A DNA stretch of 64,000 bases from Balanoglossus misakiensis (taxonomy: Eukaryota; Animalia; Hemichordata): positions 6,681,519-6,745,518 of the forward strand of contig CM082578.2 in NCBI GenBank assembly GCA_040954595.2. The letters run 5' to 3'. Of the stretch, positions 61,001 through 64,000 are shown in pieces. Below the pieces are notes generated by a model. It ran no database searches. It was not told where the DNA came from and worked only from the letters and a program-made list of their open reading frames with translations. Position numbers and translations under genes: made by a program. The number at the start of each line of letters is the position of its first letter. Within the stretch, counting starts at the first letter, position 1.

Positions 61001-64000
61001 CTGATTTAAAACTTGACAACCACTGAGATTATTCTCAGAGATGCTTAGATAGACTAACATCGTGAACTTTTGATGCTTATCCAATGATAGAAATCTTCTG
61101 AACAAACCACTCTGACTGATAATTCTGTACAACTACTTAGCCATCTTACTCTGGCATGTATTTGAAAGGATAAGAAAGGAGACAGTTTCACCTTTATGTT
61201 TTGAAATGAGGAAGGTTTCATTTCTCTGTGAATTTCAAGGATAATTATTATAACTATAAACTTTATTTCAGTGTAAGAAACTAACCAATCATATAAAAAG
61301 AAGCTTGATCCACACTATATCAGAATTGAAGTACAGTAATGTACAAATACAACTGTACATACAATTGTATTACTACTCTTCACAAGCTGCTGTGTTAACT
61401 TAAGCCATGATAAATTTGCTTTCGTCGCCGTAAAAGTGTGTCAGATTTGCTGATCCTATTGGTAACAAACATTGAACTCTCACTATGTAACGTTTTTCAT
61501 AACCCAACTAGAGTCACGCAGCATTATTGTATGAAACTTTCAGTTTTCGCATAACAGATTTTTTATTGTTTTGTTGTTTCCTCTCATCTTTGTTCAAATT
61601 GTTGCCACGCACATGCAAATGAATGGTCATAAAATTGACAGTCCACGTATCATAATGAGAAAATTGTTGGGAATGAAGAAAATACAATATTTGTAGTGAC
61701 CATTTATAAAGCGCCCACTGGTCATCAGAACAACAAACAAAATAGCAGGTTCATGCCTAGATAAGAAAGTATGTAACCTTGGTAATTCCTGAAATGATTC
61801 TAACCCATCTCATAATTGGTGGTCTTAACACTCCTTATCAATTGCGACACAAAAGTCACAAAGCCATAGTCTGCTTTAATGAGATAATGTCAAGTGATGC
61901 TGTGACCTTTCCACAGACTTCTAAATCAATGATATGACCTTATTTTTTATGCTGGGTGCATTTTGCTACAAGTTTTAATTCAACAACTGTCAATTAAATT
62001 AACGACCTCTTGTCATCTAATGTCCTAGAGGGATCATTAAAATAGTGTAGCAGGGCATTTAAGATGTTTATTTTTATTTTGCAAAAGCTTTGAAGGGATG
62101 GCTTAGCAGATAACAACCTCAAATTGGTATCTCTGATTGTATAGTAAAGATTCAGACAGGTGGAGTCATCTATCGTTCAGTACTACTATTGGACCAGTGC
62201 ACATTTATGTTCCAAAGAGCAAAATGTTTTTAGAAATCACTTATCATACAACTGTGCACATTCAGAATTTTCTGTTTTTCATAAATTATGAGCACCAGGA
62301 AGAGCACAGTATGTGTCTGTGTCTCTGCCTTTGTAAGTATGTATGGTATGTACATAAATATGTCTGTGTGTGTTACAAATAGTCCTACTTCCAAGTTTCA
62401 TCATACCATGTATGAAACAATGTCATTATTTAAAGCGTAATGGCAAGAACTTCGCTGATGTATTTGACCTATAGGTGAACTCAGTAGGAATCCTATCTAT
62501 GGCAGCTGATAAGAGCTAGTATAAGCATGTATTTGGTGCATATGATTTATATCAGTGTTTATGCAATAATTTTTAAAACAAATGTTTGTAAAATGAGTTA
62601 TGCCAGCTAAAGTATCAGATAAATCACCAGATTACTGGTGATCTTGCTGAATGACTGGCTGTTTTGTTAGTCTTGTCACCACATGACAGCATGAAACGTT
62701 ATTGGAATCAATGTAAATTTATTGTTATGATAACGCCACTTTGAAATAGGAACATAACCCTATTTATAATTATGATCATACAGATTTTGAGAAGTATATT
62801 GAGTTTAATATTAATGATTAGCTCAATTTGCAATACAAGTGTATTCACCCTCCAGACATCTGTATTTATGGATACTTAACTGTGTGTGTGACTATGTTTG
62901 TCAGTGTGTGCATAGATGAATAAAGAATAGGTACACTACAAGGCAGTATCATCAACTAGACAAAGTAGTTAAAACACAATGGTATTGCATATGGGTAGTC
63001 CCTATTCACTGTTTAGTGTTACTACAGAAATGAAATTCCCTTTGGGAAAAATGTCAGTGACTGAGACCACTTAGTGACTTTATTTATTTTTTTATAGTTG
63101 AATGTTTCTTGGACCTGGTAATTTGGGAGTTTTCCCTCAATATCATAGCTGCATGATTACAGTAAATGGGTTTCAATGAACCAAGTTGATTTTATGAAAA
63201 TATTTGATCACGAAAATTGAATTATTATCATACAAAAAACATGAGTTCCAACTGAGATGTTCTGTTTTGTTTGTCTTCTCTCAGCCGAAGCAAGTGATTT
63301 ACCAGCTATGGAAACCCCAAAGAAGACAAAATACATACCCCACGCTTTAACCATAGACACCAACACTTCACACTTTGAGGAGCCGTCAACCACAATAAAG
63401 GAAGGTGCCAACACACGCGTGTCAGGTCTCTCACCAACATCGAGCAGTGAAGAGATGGAGGGTGGTGTCGGTCACAGCCAACCGTCGAATATGAACTGGC
63501 TAACAGAGTTAGCAATCATTGCAACAAGTCCACAAAGTCCTTTACTTCAGAAGACATCTCTTTCAAGGTAAGCTTCCAGTTCCACAGAGGGGAAACTTAT
63601 AATATCATTCTGTTCCATCACGTCCCTAAGCCTTGAAATTCTCTGATGGTGACTGCTCACTTCTTTCACCATTCAATCATTAGGGTATGCCCATATTACA
63701 TTGAATGGATTACCAGTCAGCCTCTTTTGATCTTTAACCCTTTCACCCCCAGATCCCTCTGTATAGTTCAAATCTTACCATAGAAAACAATGGGTCTGGA
63801 CTTAACCATGGTGGTGAAAGGGTTAAAATCGTATACTCTCCGCTGTTTATTAACGTAGAACAAATGCATTGTACTTAGGCCAGAATAATTATGTAAATTA
63901 TTGAACAATTTCTGTTGCCATTTCAGAAGTTCATCTTCCACTGTTGATAGATCTTTACACAGCTACGCAAAGCCTCCAAGATCGCCAAGTCCACCACCGG
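58094..64000 (+). CDS. HBP1: HMG-box transcription factor HBP1 orthologue with N-terminal zinc fingers; 3' part beyond window end
   Basis: Exons 58094-58108 (MASVV), 59538-59737, 60120-60244, 63285-63567 and 63927-end splice in frame. The last two read WLTELAIIATSPQSPLLQ...RSSSSTVDRSLHSYAKPP, matching vertebrate HBP1 WLTELANIATSPQSPLMQ...SLHSYARPP. AXH and HMG domains are not in the window. Linkage of the zinc-finger exons is inferred from phase compatibility. Confidence 0.85.
63734..63826. mobile_element. ~93-bp piggyBac-type MITE, most intact copy, in HBP1 intron
   Basis: Perfect TTAA-CCCTTTCACC ... GGTGAAAGGG-TTAA termini. Confidence 0.8.

Overview
Gene-dense, intron-rich genomic DNA from an invertebrate animal (spliceosomal introns, TTAGGG-type repeats, MITEs); it is not prokaryotic. 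Splicing by eye gives nine protein-coding genes in four head-to-head pairs: PBRM1(-, runs off the window start)/GNL3(+), DUS4L(-)/COG5(+), TDG(-)/UQCC5+UQCC6(+), and CENPK(-)/HBP1(+, runs off the window end). Highlights: (1) two mitochondrial complex III assembly micropeptides, UQCC5/SMIM4 (74 aa) and UQCC6/BRAWNIN (61 aa), share an exon 65 nt apart, i.e. a likely bicistronic mRNA like Drosophila sloth1/sloth2; (2) an HBP1 orthologue appears to carry two N-terminal zinc fingers absent from vertebrate HBP1; (3) the window joins gene neighbourhoods found on human 3p21.1, 7q22.3 and 12q23.3; (4) a 205-bp TIR element with an 8-bp TSD carries inward-facing telomeric repeats; (5) nested and dispersed TTAA-type MITEs, a GC-AG intron and several structured non-coding segments. 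UQCC6 and CENPK are essentially absent from the supplied ORF track. Gene identities come from recalled motif similarity, not a database search; minor exon boundaries are approximate.
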